A DNA stretch of 62,966 nucleotides, filler included, from Octopus bimaculoides (GCF_001194135.2; 8 parts of 7 records of this genome joined end to end with filler, not necessarily neighbours in it); one strand, 5' to 3'; counted from the whole stretch's first letter, positions 24,772-38,405 are shown. The notes: generated by a model from the letters alone, not told the origin. Numbers and translations are program-made.

Positions 24772-27700
24772 GACGCAGGTACTTCGAGTAATCCAAAAAT
24801 CACATGTCTCCGCCTCCATTTGATAAGTGATTACATTTCATAACTAGCTTCGTGAGTGGTATGTGTATGACGGATGATTGTTGATGCCCTCTTCTTATGT
24901 TTGTCCATGCGTGCGCGAATTTGTATACATCTGACCCTTTAGCAATTTAAACCTAAATGAAAATTAATAGACAACTGTAAAAATTAGTTCTGGCATTACT
25001 AGAAATAAGAGCAAAAAAAAAACCACTCGATTAGCTACATAATGCCCTCACCTCATGAGTTGACAAAGAGCGAGGGGGCGAGCTAAAGAACCATTCTATG
25101 GTGAGATAAAATCTCAGAAGAAATAAATAGATATATCCTTTTCACGTAGTTTCGAACTCTGATAATTACAATCTTAGCTCTCATCAAAATAACAAGCTGA
25201 TACTCCGGTTTAAAAGGGTAGCTCGCCTCGATCAATTCACGAGAAAAACCGTCGAACACTAAATCAAAACGGTCACAGTGTATATTATAAATAAAATAAG
25301 ATACTGTAAAATACCATATATTATAATATAGGTGGCCTCTTAGCAATTAAAACCTAAAGACAAATTAATAAACATGGGTACAAATTAATACCGGCATTAC
25401 TAGAAAGATAAGGCGTCTGTTGTTAATTCACTCGGGTTTTACATTATTTGGTGTGCCCCCTAAAATGGTTTGGCTTGAATATTAAAAAGGCTGAAAAATA
25501 CTTATTTAGATGCTTTATTCACATTTAAAGTTCATCCATCTCAATGATTATTCTTAAATGTTTGTAATCTCTATAGACTAAAGACACCCCAGATAATTGC
25601 AACATCACTAAAAAAAAAAAACATCAGTCATTCAAATTCTGCTGAGATGACATTCTAAAGCATATAAACCTTTATGGTAATGAAGGTAGCACGTTATAGG
25701 ATTGACGTTTGGCAGATAGTCTCATAAGTCTAAGGAATAGAAGATGCTATTGATTATAATTTAGGCGAAGATAACACTTCACAATGGTGTGCAAGATTAC
25801 TTATAACGTGTCTGTCAAGAAAGATTGCTTCGTCTCTTACACAGTATACACATGTACAAACGTAAGTTCGGAAAAAGGTCCCTATTTTACACCTAAATGT
25901 TTTTGTGCGGATTGAAAAGAGATGGTTCTCCATCCAGTATGCCATAAAAAAGTACCAAATATCTTTGCTTTAAATAGCTAGAACTGGAAAAAGACCACAG
26001 TCCCATTCGATAGGTTTTATGCATAAGTGAGTGAACTATTTTTGAGAGGCAGTGGAGCATTCTGGGTTATGCTTGGCTTCTGTTGTTTATATCGAATAAC
26101 GTAAGATGAGATTGAATGTAAATCAGCGCTTGGTGCTCTCACAGAAGTTACCATTTCAGAATGACGTCACTAACAATGTATGTGCCAACAATGAAAATAA
26201 TGCAGTTTATCAACGATAGACAATGAATTATTTCTGTAATTCCGAATACAATGTAGATGAATCCCTCTTACAGAGTACCAACCATTTATCAAATTGCTTT
26301 CACAAGATATCATTTTGTGAGGTGATTATATACAAAATTGGCACTGTCGATTACAACTACATAGAATCCACTTGAGCCGATCAACGGAGTAGTCCGCTGC
26401 TAAAATTTACGTGCGAGTGGCTGAGCATTCCACCTAGACTTCAGGGAGATTCAGTCGTGACATAAACTGTTAGAAGCTGGTCTTTGGAGATACAGGATCT
26501 ACTCATTGTTGCTAGCGGAGAAGACTGAAGCTAGATGAAATATAGCGTCATGTTCAAAAGAAAAAAGAAAATCAAAATAAGAAAGGAACGCAGCGATCCG
26601 TATCGAACTCACGATGGTTATTCTAAAGCCCTAACCACCCAGTCGAGAGCATTCATGCAGTGATTATACTTCAGAGGTTGGCCAACTACCAATGAAAGAA
26701 CAGGATACTTTCTATATATTTGTGTGCGAGAAGAGATAGGCAAGTCATATTTCCGTGAATTTACTTTCCGGAAGTTATATCTTCAATTTTCGAATACAAC
26801 CGTATTTTGATTTAATGTATATACATGCATGCATACATACATACACACACACATACATCCATACATACAAACATACATATATATATGTATATGCATGTAT
26901 ATATATATATATATATNNNNNNNNNNNNNNNNNNNNNNNNNNNNNNNNNNNNNNNNNNNNNNNNNNNNNNNNNNNNNNNNNNNNNNNNNNNNNNNNNNNN
27001 NNNNNNNNNNNNNNNNNNNNNNNNNNNNNNNNNNNNNNNNNNNNNNNNNNNNNNNNNNNNNNNNNNNNNNNNNNNNNNNNNNNNNNNNNNNNNNNNNNNN
27101 NNNNNNNNNNNNNNNNNNNNNNNNNNNNNNNNNNNNNNNNNNNNNNNNNNNNNNNNNNNNNNNNNNNNNNNNNNNNNNNNNNNNNNNNNNNNNNNNNNNN
27201 NNNNNNNNNNNNNNNNNNNNNNNNNNNNNNNNNNNNNNNNNNNNNNNNNNNNNNNNNNNNNNNNNNNNNNNNNNNNNNNNNNNNNNNNNNNNNNNNNNNN
27301 NNNNNNNNNNNNNNNNNNNNNNNNNNNNNNNNNNNNNNNNNNNNNNNNNNNNNNNNNNNNNNNNNNNNNNNNNNNNNNNNNNNNNNNNNNNNNNNNNNNN
27401 NNNNNNNNNNNNNNNNNNNNNNNNNNNNNNNNNNNNNNNNNNNNNNNNNNNNNNNNNNNNNNTATATATGCACGCACACACGCACAAACGCACATTCAGG
27501 CGCGCACAATCACACACAAGTGCACACATACACACTCACGCACAACAATCGCTCTTGTTATTCCCCCATCTGCAAGGCCTGTCTATTTTTATGTGTTGTA
27601 TGCATCCAGCTAGAACTTCATTCAAAACTTTTCGTGGCCAATTATAAATTTAGAACATATAAGTTATTGAAAGCCTTGCAGATAACAGTGTAGCGATGTT

Positions 27701-27954
27701 TCAAAGCTACGGATACAAAAGGAAAGGTTTTGGAAAAATAATCTTACATGAAAGTAATGCAACATTAATAGTTCTTTCCATAAGTGAAAGAAAGCATAGT
27801 CATCAATGCTATTATCATTTGTAAGTCCGTATAGACTGACACATCCACAAGATTGCAAAATCGGGCAATACGGACTCAATAGCAGGAGGCATAATATCAA
27901 AAACTTGTTTATGTGTTGCATTATCATTGATTGATTGCATATATATATATAACG

Positions 27955-28210
27955 TGTGGAGTCGCAATGGCCTAATGGTTGGGGCAGGGGACTCGCGGTT
28001 TCGATTCCCAGACAGTTCGTTTTAAAAAATACCTAAAGCTCCACTCGTTTTTCTTCTTTCTGTTCTATCTGTATTTCAAAGGGTCAGACTTCTCACACTT
28101 TGTGTCAAGCTGAGTTTCCCCGTGAACCGCGATAAGGGTACACGAGTTGAAGAGTACTCAGCGAATTGCACCTTAATTTCACTAGCAGGCTATTTCGTTC
28201 ATCGGAACAA
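27955..28210 (+). mobile_element. SINE family B, degraded
   Basis: gtggagtcgcaatggcctaatggttggggcaggggactcgcggtttcgattccca...aacacctaaagctccac-like blocks. Confidence 0.7.
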
Positions 28211-29229
28211 TAAATAAAGAGTTTTCAGTAGTTAAAGTTGAAACTTTTGGTAAGCCTATCGTAAGCCACAAACACATTTATATCTGCTTCGATAGTTACA
28301 AGCGGTACATGAGAATTATTTTGCCTGTTGCCATAGTAACAGTCTTTGAAAAGCCTGCAAGAAAACATGGGTTGACAGCATTCTTTGAAAAGTTTCTTTT
28401 TTTTTTTTTTATCTATGAAGAAGCACATTTTGATTATTAATTGAAGGCATTTCTAACTTCCGTTTTCAATTTCAAAAATATTTTGCAATGTGNNNNNNNN
28501 NNCTTAAATGTTTGCTTTTTAAACCTATTTTTTCACTCTTAACTTCATATATAGCATATGCACATGTTCTTTAAGAACATTGGCATTGTATACAATTTTG
28601 GTGGCAATTTTTTTAATTAACATAAACATTTATTTACATAAAATAAAATTATCGGAGAACTTCCATCTAATTTTTCCAACTATTATTGTTAAAAGCTGTA
28701 ATGCGTTTATTGCATGTAACGCTTTAGCAATGAACATTGAGGTGGTTGTGAGGTGTACTGAAAATAACATCGAAATAAAATTACCGGAGACATGACACGT
28801 GTTGTTTAAAAATATTGACAACAAATGCTATTTTCAAGTGATGAGGACAAAATGTGCAGTCACGCACAAATGATACCTTCCAAATCCTGTTTCCCGACTG
28901 GATGAAAATGATCAAAAATTGAACCTCTATAACTTTTAAAAAACATTTTTCTGGAAGAAATGAAATAACTCCAGCAATTCGGTTTGGGCAAGTGTATTAT
29001 TGTGCCAAATTTTAAAATTTTCTGTAATTTTTGAAATGCTGGCAGCCCAACTGAAAGATCCCTTTTTTTCTTTCTTCATTCCCCAAATTTTCTTTCATCA
29101 TGTGGCTATGTAAATGAATGATCTGATGTGAAGATTTTAATGAGCAACCAATGTATACAATGGGCTTCGTTGCCCCAGTTGTCGGGAAGACAATCGGTAA
29201 GATATGGAAACAAAATTGAAAGCAGAGGA

Positions 29230-29231
29230 TG

Positions 29232-29314
<83 letters not shown>

Positions 29315-29370
29315 AAGAAGAAGAAGAAGAAGAAGAAGAAGAAGAAGAAGAAGAAGAAGAAGAAGAAGAA
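29230..29370. repeat. Compound (AAT)n(AAG)n microsatellite
   Basis: Direct reading. Confidence 0.95.
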
Positions 29371-29599
29371 TGATGAGGTTGTCCTTATCGTCCGTAATTG
29401 TATAAGTGTTGATGAGAATACCGAAATGGATTTTAAATGAAAAACAAAAGACAAAGAAAATTCGATGATGACGTTGATGTTGATCGTCATAGAAATAAAC
29501 TTTGAGTTGTTTTTTTTTCTTTACCAGGAGAATAATAACAATGACAATTATGATATTTAGAAAATTAAAGAGAAAGACACACTCCTACACCACCTCGCT

Positions 29600-29669
29600 C
29601 CCCTCCTCCACCTACATCTGCTCCCCCTCCTCCTACTCCTCCTCCTCCTACTACTACTACTACTACTAC

Positions 29670-29757
<88 letters not shown>

Positions 29758-29870
29758 CATAAGTATAACAACAGCAATAGTAATAATAATGAGAAGAAGA
29801 AGAAGAAGAAGAAGAAGAAGAAGAAGAAGAAGAAGAAGAAGAAGAAGGAGGAGGAGGAGGAGGAGGAGGA
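29600..29870. repeat. Compound (CCT)(ACT)(AAT)(ATT)...(AAG)(AGG) microsatellite
   Basis: Direct reading. Confidence 0.9.
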
Positions 29871-31430
29871 TTGAAAGAAAGAAAGGAAGCAAATTTATTT
29901 AGGGGCGATATTAACAATGCTAAAAACAATTACAATTTTAAACAAGAAATATAGAAGGATAATGACAATAAATGCGTTGAAATTACATTCAACAAAATTA
30001 ATTAATGAATTCTAATGAAATAAGCTTTTAAATGACGAAAATAAATTACGTTTAAAAATAAAATTTTATCACATGACGTGAGAAAGATTTTATATTTTTA
30101 GCTTCTGCTGCCACGTCATATTGCATAATTAAATTAAATAGACGGCGACGACGACGACCACAATAATGATGATGATGATGATGACTACGATGATGATGAT
30201 GCTGATTATCATTTCTGCTTTCATTTGGTTTGCATTCTTCATGTGAATTATTAGTTGCATTGGCGACAGGGACTGACGTTGTTGAGAAAAGTGGAAGGGA
30301 CATACACACGCCAACAATAAACGCTAAACACTGGAAATTTCCACAAGGTGTGAATGAGAGATCAACAGTAATTATAGACACATAAATATATGCAAAATAA
30401 AATTTTAAAAAAACAACTTAATTGACAGAACATGCAAAACACAAAGAAAGGAAGGAATCAGGGAAATAACGAGGCATCTTTAGAAGCTTATTTGAGACAC
30501 TTAGACACAAAATAGCAAAGTGCTTCTCCATATACTTAGCGCATCTAAAATTCTAAAGCTAATATAAGCTCATTTCATAAGAGTTCACGCCTTTCAGATA
30601 CATCATAATGGTACTGTACGTGCAGTCTAGCCAAAGTGTCTTAGTCTGTGATTAAAAAAAAAAAATGTGAAGACTTGATGTATATGTGAAATCTCTGCCA
30701 TCTAAAATTTAGAATGTTTGTAACATGCATCGTCCAAAATATTTCGTACCTAGCATGAAAAATCTGGAATAGGATTATCTTTACGATAATCGCGGTTAAC
30801 AGAGAAATTCAAACCACCCACTCGTCTACAACGAAAATGTCACTAATTAACGGTGCACGTAAACTGAATGAAATGCGTTCAGCATGATTGCGATAGTTTA
30901 ATAAATGACATTAACACCACCGTGCCTGAAGGATATATGTTGATTTACTAATTACCATCTGTAGAGCTTATACGATATTTCGGCACAACCGATTTGGCAT
31001 TGAATAAATACGGCGTCGGTGATTCCCCGCTGATTTATTTGAAGCCAGACGTTTCATTTACGCTTGTATTCTCCCACCATCAAACTTTCTCTTTACCACA
31101 CAAGTTCTTTGTTTCTCCTCTCTTTATAATAAAAAAAGAAATGATGAGGTTGTCATTGTTGTCCGTAATTATGTAAGCGTTAATGAAAATTACAGAAATG
31201 GATTTTAAACGAAAACAAAATACAAAGAAAACCTGATGATGGTATTGATGAACGTTATGACATCAAACTCCGTCATTTTCATTATTAGGAGAATAATAAC
31301 CATGACAATTATTATATTTAGAGAATTAAAGATAAAAAGATATACGCGTTTATGTGTAGGAGGCAAGATAAAGTCTTAATGTTAAACTTCTTCAATTACG
31401 AAATTGAAATGCACCTCTGTCTCTCTTCAT

Positions 31431-31490
<60 letters not shown>

Positions 31491-31859
31491 CTTTCTCTCT
31501 CACTCTCTACATACACACATACTCTCAACTGCATTCTTTACATTTCTCCACATAATTCAAAAGGCAATGTTTAATATCGGCGCTTCATGCATAATAGCGC
31601 TAATGTTTTTATAAGTCTTTACCAATATGCATCACTTCAGACTCTACGTGATTCTAAATAATTAAAGAAAAGCGCAAAAAAAGAAAAATATTGTTCTACG
31701 GTTAGTTTAAGTATGTCCCGAATTTGATACGGGCTCTATAGGGACTTTTTATGGATTTTGAAGGACTCATTGTATAAGGAAACGTATCTGAATTCTATTC
31801 GAGGAAAAAAAATTAAGACAATTCTATGAATGAGATAAAACAGATTCTGCCATTCGTGT

Positions 31860-31919
31860 GGGATGATAATAATGATGATGGTGATGATGATGATCAGGAT
31901 GATGATGATTGTGATGATT

Positions 31920-31960
<41 letters not shown>

Positions 31961-32417
31961 AATGATGATGATGATGAATACGGTGATGACGACGACGACG
32001 ACGACGACGATGACGACGACAACGATGATGATGATGATGATGATATTACTACTGTTACAGATGGTGATGATTATGAGAATTTGGAGAAGGGAGAGCAGGA
32101 AAAGAAGAGTGTGGACTGACGATGATGACGGCGATGATGTTGGATATGGCAATGGCGACGATCATGACCACGACGATGATGATGAAGAGGATGGGAGGAG
32201 GAGGGGAGGAAGATGACGATGAGGATGATGAAGGTATTGATGCTATTTTTGATGAAGACTAGATGTGAGAAAATTAGAAAGAGTTAGGTGTGTAATAATG
32301 ACATCACTCTACGATAATATTGAATGAGTTGTGCCATATTTTGATTCTTGGGAGAAAGCAGATTTGAAACATGATAAAAAAAACAATATGGCAAAGCAGT
32401 TACTATTAGTCTTTACA

Positions 32418-32489
<72 letters not shown>

Positions 32490-33030
32490 GTACAGATTAA
32501 ATAGCTGCTGCTGAAGGGATGATGAACAACGCCACAGAAATGAATAGGTTAAAATAAACGATATAAGGATGCTGCTGATGATAATGAGTAAACGTTACAA
32601 ACAAAAGATTAGAGCGTTTTTCAAGGCAGATTTTGCAGAAGATGATAAGAATAAATATTCTGGATGATATAATAAAGAGGAAACTGGTGAGAGAGAGAAA
32701 AAGGGTGCCATTGTGGGGATTCTCGACACTGTTGTCGTAAATATGCTGGTGCAGATAATGATAAGGAACTGATGAGGTTAAAGATAATGGCGAACATATT
32801 GCAACTGGTGTAGATGGGATTTTAGTATTGTTGTTCTTGGTGTTGATGACACTGATGGAGATAAGGGGTGACGATGATGATGATCATGATGATGATGATG
32901 ACGACGAAGATGAGGAAGAAAGTACTGAGATAAGAGTGATGATGATGATTATGAAGATGATCAATATGATAATGACGAGGAGGAGAAGGAGGTGGAAGGT
33001 GATGGCGATAACATTAGTGTTAATATGTTG
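31860..33030. repeat. (GAT)n/(GAC)n-rich low-complexity region
   Basis: Perfect (GAT)n at ~32418-32488 plus several decayed tracts. Confidence 0.85.
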
Positions 33031-33217
33031 ATATGCAGATAATAGAATTAACAAGCAGTGTTGGGAAGATTGCGAAAGTAGAAATGGAGGAATCCATTAT
33101 TTTCGGAATATTTTCTTNNNNNNNNNNNNNNNNNNNNNNNNNNNNNNNNNNNNNNNNNNNNTTAATTAATTAANNNNNNNNNNNNNNNNNNNNNNNNNNN
33201 NNNNNNNNNNNNNNNNN

Positions 33218-33545
33218 TGAACAAATTGGGCTACGAAACTCTGCCTCATCTGCCATACTCACCAGACATCTCGCCTACAGACTACCACTTTTCCAAGTAT
33301 CTCGACAACTTCCAGTGTGAGAAATGCTTCAAAAACCAAGATGATGCCAACACGCCTTCAAGGACTTCATCGCCACCAGAACGCAGGATTTTTACGCTAC
33401 TAGCATAAATAAACTTGTTTCGTGTTGGCAAAAGTGTATTGATTCTGATGGTGTTTATTTCGATTAAGAAGGTTTTGTTTGAGCCGAGATACGTGCATCT
33501 AAAATTAAAGGTTAAAAACCGCAAGAACTTTCTTGACAACCTAAT
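33218..33545 (+). mobile_element. Mariner 3' end (transposase C-terminus plus right TIR)
   Basis: LNKLGYETLPHLPYSPDISPTDYHF..LDNF (YSPDL motif), DFYATSINKLVSCWQKCIDSDGVYFD*, then TIR aaaaaccgcaagaactttcttgacaaccta followed by ata. Confidence 0.9.
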
Positions 33546-33577
33546 AATAATAAAAATTATTATTATTATTATTATTA

Positions 33578-33841
33578 TTGAGTGACAGCAGTACATGCCA
33601 TCAAAGTGACAGTAGGGTAAAATATACNNNNNNNNNNCAGCAGTACATGCCATCAAAGTGACAATAGGGTAAAATATACGAAGCCCATTATACCCATCAT
33701 GACTACCCGTCTGATAAGGGTACACCAGGCACATGCGTCCCAACCATATGTACACAACATGGTGATCTCATATCAAGATAAACAATGCATGACCTCGCAG
33801 GTGGGGCCCAGTTAGAATTTTCTTCAGGTCGAGTTGCCCAT
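33578..33841. mobile_element. Family E, ATT-anchored half
   Basis: (ATT)n then gagtgacagcagtacatgccatcaaagtgac...gcccatcc. Confidence 0.8.
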
Positions 33842-33844
33842 CCG

Positions 33845-34047
33845 GTTGATAGAATCGTTAGCACACAGAGCAAAATGCGTAGCAGAATTTTATCTGATTT
33901 TACGTTCCGTGTTCAAATTCCACTGAGGTCGACTTTGCCTTTCACCCTTTTGGGATCGATAAAATAAGTACCAGTTGAACACTGGAGTTGATTTAATCGA
34001 CGTATTCCTTTTCCCCAAACTGCTGGCTTTGTCCTAAAATTTGAAAC
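33845..34047 (+). mobile_element. SINE family C
   Basis: agaatcgttagcac...gttcaaattccactgaggtcgactttgcctttcacccttttgggatcgataaaataagtaccag. Confidence 0.85.
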
Positions 34048-34049
34048 TT

Positions 34050-34690
34050 ATTATTCCGCGTGATCTAGGATGCGGAAAGTTCGTGTCAGCTTATGCAGTC
34101 GACGTCACCGCAATAGTGTCAGACAGCTCGGGCATTATTGACTTGTGAAGATTTGTCGAACAACTGTTATCGCGTGTAAGACGGATCCGGTTTTCAGCCG
34201 AGTCCATCGTAAAAATCGTCCCGCCGTTTTCTGCTGTCTGGTGGTTATGGCAAAGGAGCTAGTGGGGTGGGCGAGATTGGAAGCACTGAAAATAGATACT
34301 TTCCTCTTCTGTTAAGTTCTCATTGACTTTTTCAAGTTACACTTGAAAAGTAGAGGGAAGTTATGCCTCCCAGTATTTTTGTTGAAAGGTGGGTGATTAT
34401 GGCGAGGAAGGCTCTGAACTTTCGCTTGTAAACCGGAGGAATTAAGAAGGAGAGAGACACCTGCTGAGGTGCATCTAGCTGCCAGGCTAATCAAGCTGTG
34501 TGGGTTTCTCGGTTATCCTTCAGAGGAACTCCATGCTTTTGGAGAATTCTCTTGTTTAATCGTTTTTTAGTTGCCATTGTTATTGTATTGTTTACATGAC
34601 TTTTGTGTTAAACACCACGCATCCCTAGTTTTATATTGTCCCTATATGTTATGTGTTTTGCCCGTGTGGCCAATAAAGAAACGATTATTA
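34050..34690 (+). pseudogene. L1/Tx1-like ORF2 remnant with internal deletion and 3' UTR
   Basis: SAYAVDVTAIVSD (decayed YADD) at 34086-34125, joined within ~60 nt to C-terminal-like SAESIVKIVPP...WARLEAL...LIDFFKLHLK; aataaag at ~34672 before an (ATT) tract. Confidence 0.55.
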
Positions 34691-34721
34691 TTTACATTAT
34701 TGTTGTTGCTGTTGTTGTTGC

Positions 34722-34755
<34 letters not shown>

Positions 34756-34825
34756 TAGTTTTATTTTTATAACGTGCTTTCACTTCACTACCGAGCGCAN
34801 NNNNNNNNNTATTATTATTTTTATT

Positions 34826-35095
34826 GAGTGAGAGAGCAGTGCATGCCCTGAATAAGGTTTGTTTAAGGATGTTGAGCAAAACACCCATGTTTCCAAAGGT
34901 GAATTATTCAAACCCCAAAGAATTCCTTTCAACACATGGCTATGATGCTCCCCACTACTTCTGCTCGTGATCAGAGATACACATATCGTCAGCCACCAAG
35001 GGATATGGTTAAAGTCAAACAATTGACAAGCAAATTTGTGGTATTGGGCAGAATATTTGCTGTAGCCCATCAATGTACATGATAACACTTCCAGT
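34826..35095. mobile_element. Family E, internally deleted copy
   Basis: Head gagtgagagagcagtgcatg fused to ccctgaataagg...cacttccagtcaat. Confidence 0.8.
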
Positions 35096-35119
35096 CAATT
35101 TATTATTATTATTATTATT

Positions 35120-35158
<39 letters not shown>

Positions 35159-35546
35159 AATTTTAGGCTCCTGACGATGTGAGCTGAAATGCCACCGATT
35201 ACAACTTTTCCTTTCATCTGTTTTTCGACGCCGATAAAAATAGAAGTACCATTTGACCACTCAAAGTCAATGTAACCGACTAGTGTCTCCCGACAAGAAT
35301 TTCAGACCTTGTCCCTATTATAGAAGGATTTATTGTCGTCCGCGTTTGCGAACGAGTGATTACGTGTACGAATTTCAGGCGTTTATAAAACTGCCAAAAC
35401 ACTGTATCATATTTTTCCTCGCTTTGCTTCCTTCCGCACAATCTCTNNNNNNNNNNNNNNNNNNNNNNNNNNNNNNNNNNNNNNNNNNNNTTAATTAATT
35501 AANNNNNNNNNNNNNNNNNNNNNNNNNNNNNNNNNNNNNNNNNNNN

Positions 35547-35585
<39 letters not shown>

Positions 35586-35699
35586 ATATGTATATATATA
35601 TACATATACATATATGTACACACATACACCCACACACACACACGCGCACACACACAGAGACCCAAACACACATACATACACACACATATATGTATATAT

Positions 35700-35940
35700 T
35701 CTTTTATTCTCTTACATGTTTCAGGCATGTGACTACAGCGATGTTGGAGTACCGCCTTGAGAACTTTCAGCCGAAGAAATTGACCCTAAGACTTATTCTT
35801 TGTAAGCCCAGTACTTATTCTATCGGTTTCTTTTGCCGAACCGTCAAATTACATTACGGGGACATCAACACACCAACATCGGTTGCGAAGCAGCGATAGT
35901 GGGGGACAAACACAGGCACAAAGACACATACATACACATA
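35700..35940 (-). mobile_element. SINE family A, 3' half
   Basis: Colinear with other copies; gap begins in the internal microsatellite. Confidence 0.8.
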
Positions 35941-36876
35941 NNNNNNNNNNNNNNNNNNNNNNNNNNNNNNNNNNNNNNNNNNNNNNNNNNNNNNNNNNNN
36001 NNNNNNNNNNNNNNNNNNNNNNNNNNNNNNNNNNNNNNNNNNNNNNNNNNNNNNNNNNNNNNNNNNNNNNNNNNNNNNNNNNNNNNNNNNNNNNNNNNNN
36101 NNNNNNNNNNNNNNNNNNNNNNNNNNNNNNNNNNNNNNNNNNNNNNNNNNNNNNNNNNNNNNNNNNNNNNNNNNNNNNNNNNNNNNNNNNNNNNNNNNNN
36201 NNNNNNNNNNNNNNNNNNNNNNNNNNNNNNNNNNNNNNNNNNNNNNNNNNNNNNNNNNNNNNNNNNNNNNNNNNNNNNNNNNNNNNNNNNNNNNNNNNNN
36301 NNNNNNNNNNNNNNNNNNNNNNNNNNNNNNNNNNNNNNNNNNNNNNNNNNNNNNNNNNNNNNNNNNNNNNNNNNNNNNNNNNNNNNNNNNNNNNNNNNNN
36401 NNNNNNNNNNNNNNNNNNNNNNNNNNNNNNNNNNNNNNNNNNNNNNNNNNNNNNNNNNNNNNNNNNNNNNNNNNNNNNNNNNNNNNNNNNNNNNNNNNNN
36501 NNNNNNNNNNNNNNNNNNNNNNNNNNNNNNNNNNNNNNNNNNNNNNNNNNNNNNNNNNNNNNNNNNNNNNNNNNNNNNNNNNNNNNNNNNNNNNNNNNNN
36601 NNNNNNNNNNNNNNNNNNNNNNNNNNNNNNNNNNNNNNNNNNNNNNNNNNNNNNNNNNNNNNNNNNNNNNNNNNNNNNNNNNNNNNNNNNNNNNNNNNNN
36701 NNNNNNNNNNNNNNNNNNNNNNNNNNNNNNNNNNNNNNNNNNNNNNNNNNNNNNNNNNNNNNNNNNNNNNNNNNNNNNNNNNNNNNNNNNNNNNNNNNNN
36801 NNNNNNNNNNNNNNNNNNNNNNNNNNNNNNNNNNNNNNNNGTGTGTGCGCGTGTGTGCGCGCGCATCTTCCTTATG

Positions 36877-37361
36877 CATTCGAAAACTGAGTTGTCGATT
36901 TTGACGTACGGAATATCAAAAGATTCAGTAATATTACGACTACAAAATGAACTTTATTTTCATTTACATATTTGCATTACAAAAATTTTACATTATAATC
37001 TTTTCTATAAGTCAACTATCGTAAACTTTTTATACCACGATGGTAACGACGACGACGTCACATCTTCTATATGAAAGTGTCCCTTAAAAGACATCCATTT
37101 TTCTATATGTTATGAGGAAATACAGTCACGTTCTCTCTCTCTCACATGCACTCACACACACGCACATATGTAAGATGTATGTATATCTACTTATGTATGT
37201 GCATATGAAAGATGTGTGTGTTAGACAGAGAGAGAGAGAGAGAGAGAGAGACCGAGTGAGTGCCACTTATCACATACATGACAACACACACCTTCACTCA
37301 CTCTCTCTCCTCTCTCTCTCTCACGCACACGAATACACGCTCACACACACACACACGCACA

Positions 37362-37433
<72 letters not shown>

Positions 37434-37981
37434 CATTTCATATACACGTGCACACATCTTTCACGTTCTCTTCTCTTTCACTTTCTCCTCTCTTTCACTT
37501 TCTCCTCTCTTTCACTTTCTGCTCTCACTTCAAAAGCAAATGTCGCGGTTTCACTTTCTTTTCTTTTTCAATTTCTGCTCTCTTCAAAGCGTAAAGAAAT
37601 ACAAACTTTTTACGGAAATTAACGAATACATTCGAAAACTGAGTTGCCGATTTTGACGTATGAGGTATCAAAGAATACAGTAATCTTTCGGCTAACAAAT
37701 AAACTTTCTTTTCATTTACATATTTGCATTACAAAAATTCAACATTATAATCTTTCAATGATTCAACTGTCCTAAAACGACATTTTATACGACGATGACA
37801 TCACTTTTTCTATATAAGTGTGTAACTTAAAAGACATCCATTTCTCTCTATGTTATCAGGAAATGCAGTCACTCACTTTCTCTCTCTCATGCACACGCAC
37901 ACCTACATACAAAACAAAAATATGCATATGTATTTATGTACGTGTATATGAAAGATAATGTGTGAGTGTGTGCGAGTGTGT

Positions 37982-38017
<36 letters not shown>

Positions 38018-38405
38018 GCTAATCGCACTTACACATACATGCAAAAAATACATACATGACAGTACACACTTTCAGTCACTCACTCTCTCTCTCTTTCTCA
38101 CATACACACACTGGCACACATGCACACACACGCGCATACATGCGCGCATACATGCGCGCATATACAGGCACATGCACACACACACACACACACACACAGA
38201 CACACACACACACACTCACACACACATGCAAACATGCACACGCACATCTATTTCCTATACACGTATATACATCTTTCACTTTCTCCTCTCTTTCACTTTT
38301 TGCTCTCACTTCAAAGCAAATGTCACCTTTTCACTTAATCTCCTCTTTCAATTTCTGCTCTATTCAAAGCATAAAGAAAAAAAAATTATGGGAATTAACG
38401 GACAA
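36877..38405. repeat. Tandem duplication, ~752 bp period
   Basis: cattcgaaaactgagttg starts at 36877 and 37629; colinear blocks throughout (catttacatatttgcattacaaaaatt; ctcacttcaaagcaaatgtc). Confidence 0.9.

Noticed and set aside
25765-25861. Candidate exon ttag|gcgaag...caaac|gtaagt (GEDNTSQWCARLL...)
   Set aside because: Splice signals are plausible, but there is no recognisable domain or partner exon
30780-30960. TAATTA/TGATTTAC-rich unique segment suggestive of a homeodomain-bound enhancer
   Set aside because: Such motifs are frequent in AT-rich DNA; needs cross-species conservation that I cannot assess
31826-32216. Asp-rich ORF resembling an acidic biomineralisation or nucleolar protein
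   Set aside because: Derived from (GAT)n tracts; no signal peptide, no splice support, open in several frames on both strands
13398-33545. Idea that the mariner fragments at 13.4 kb and 33.2 kb are one broken element
   Set aside because: Opposite strands, 20 kb apart, and separated by artificial contig joins
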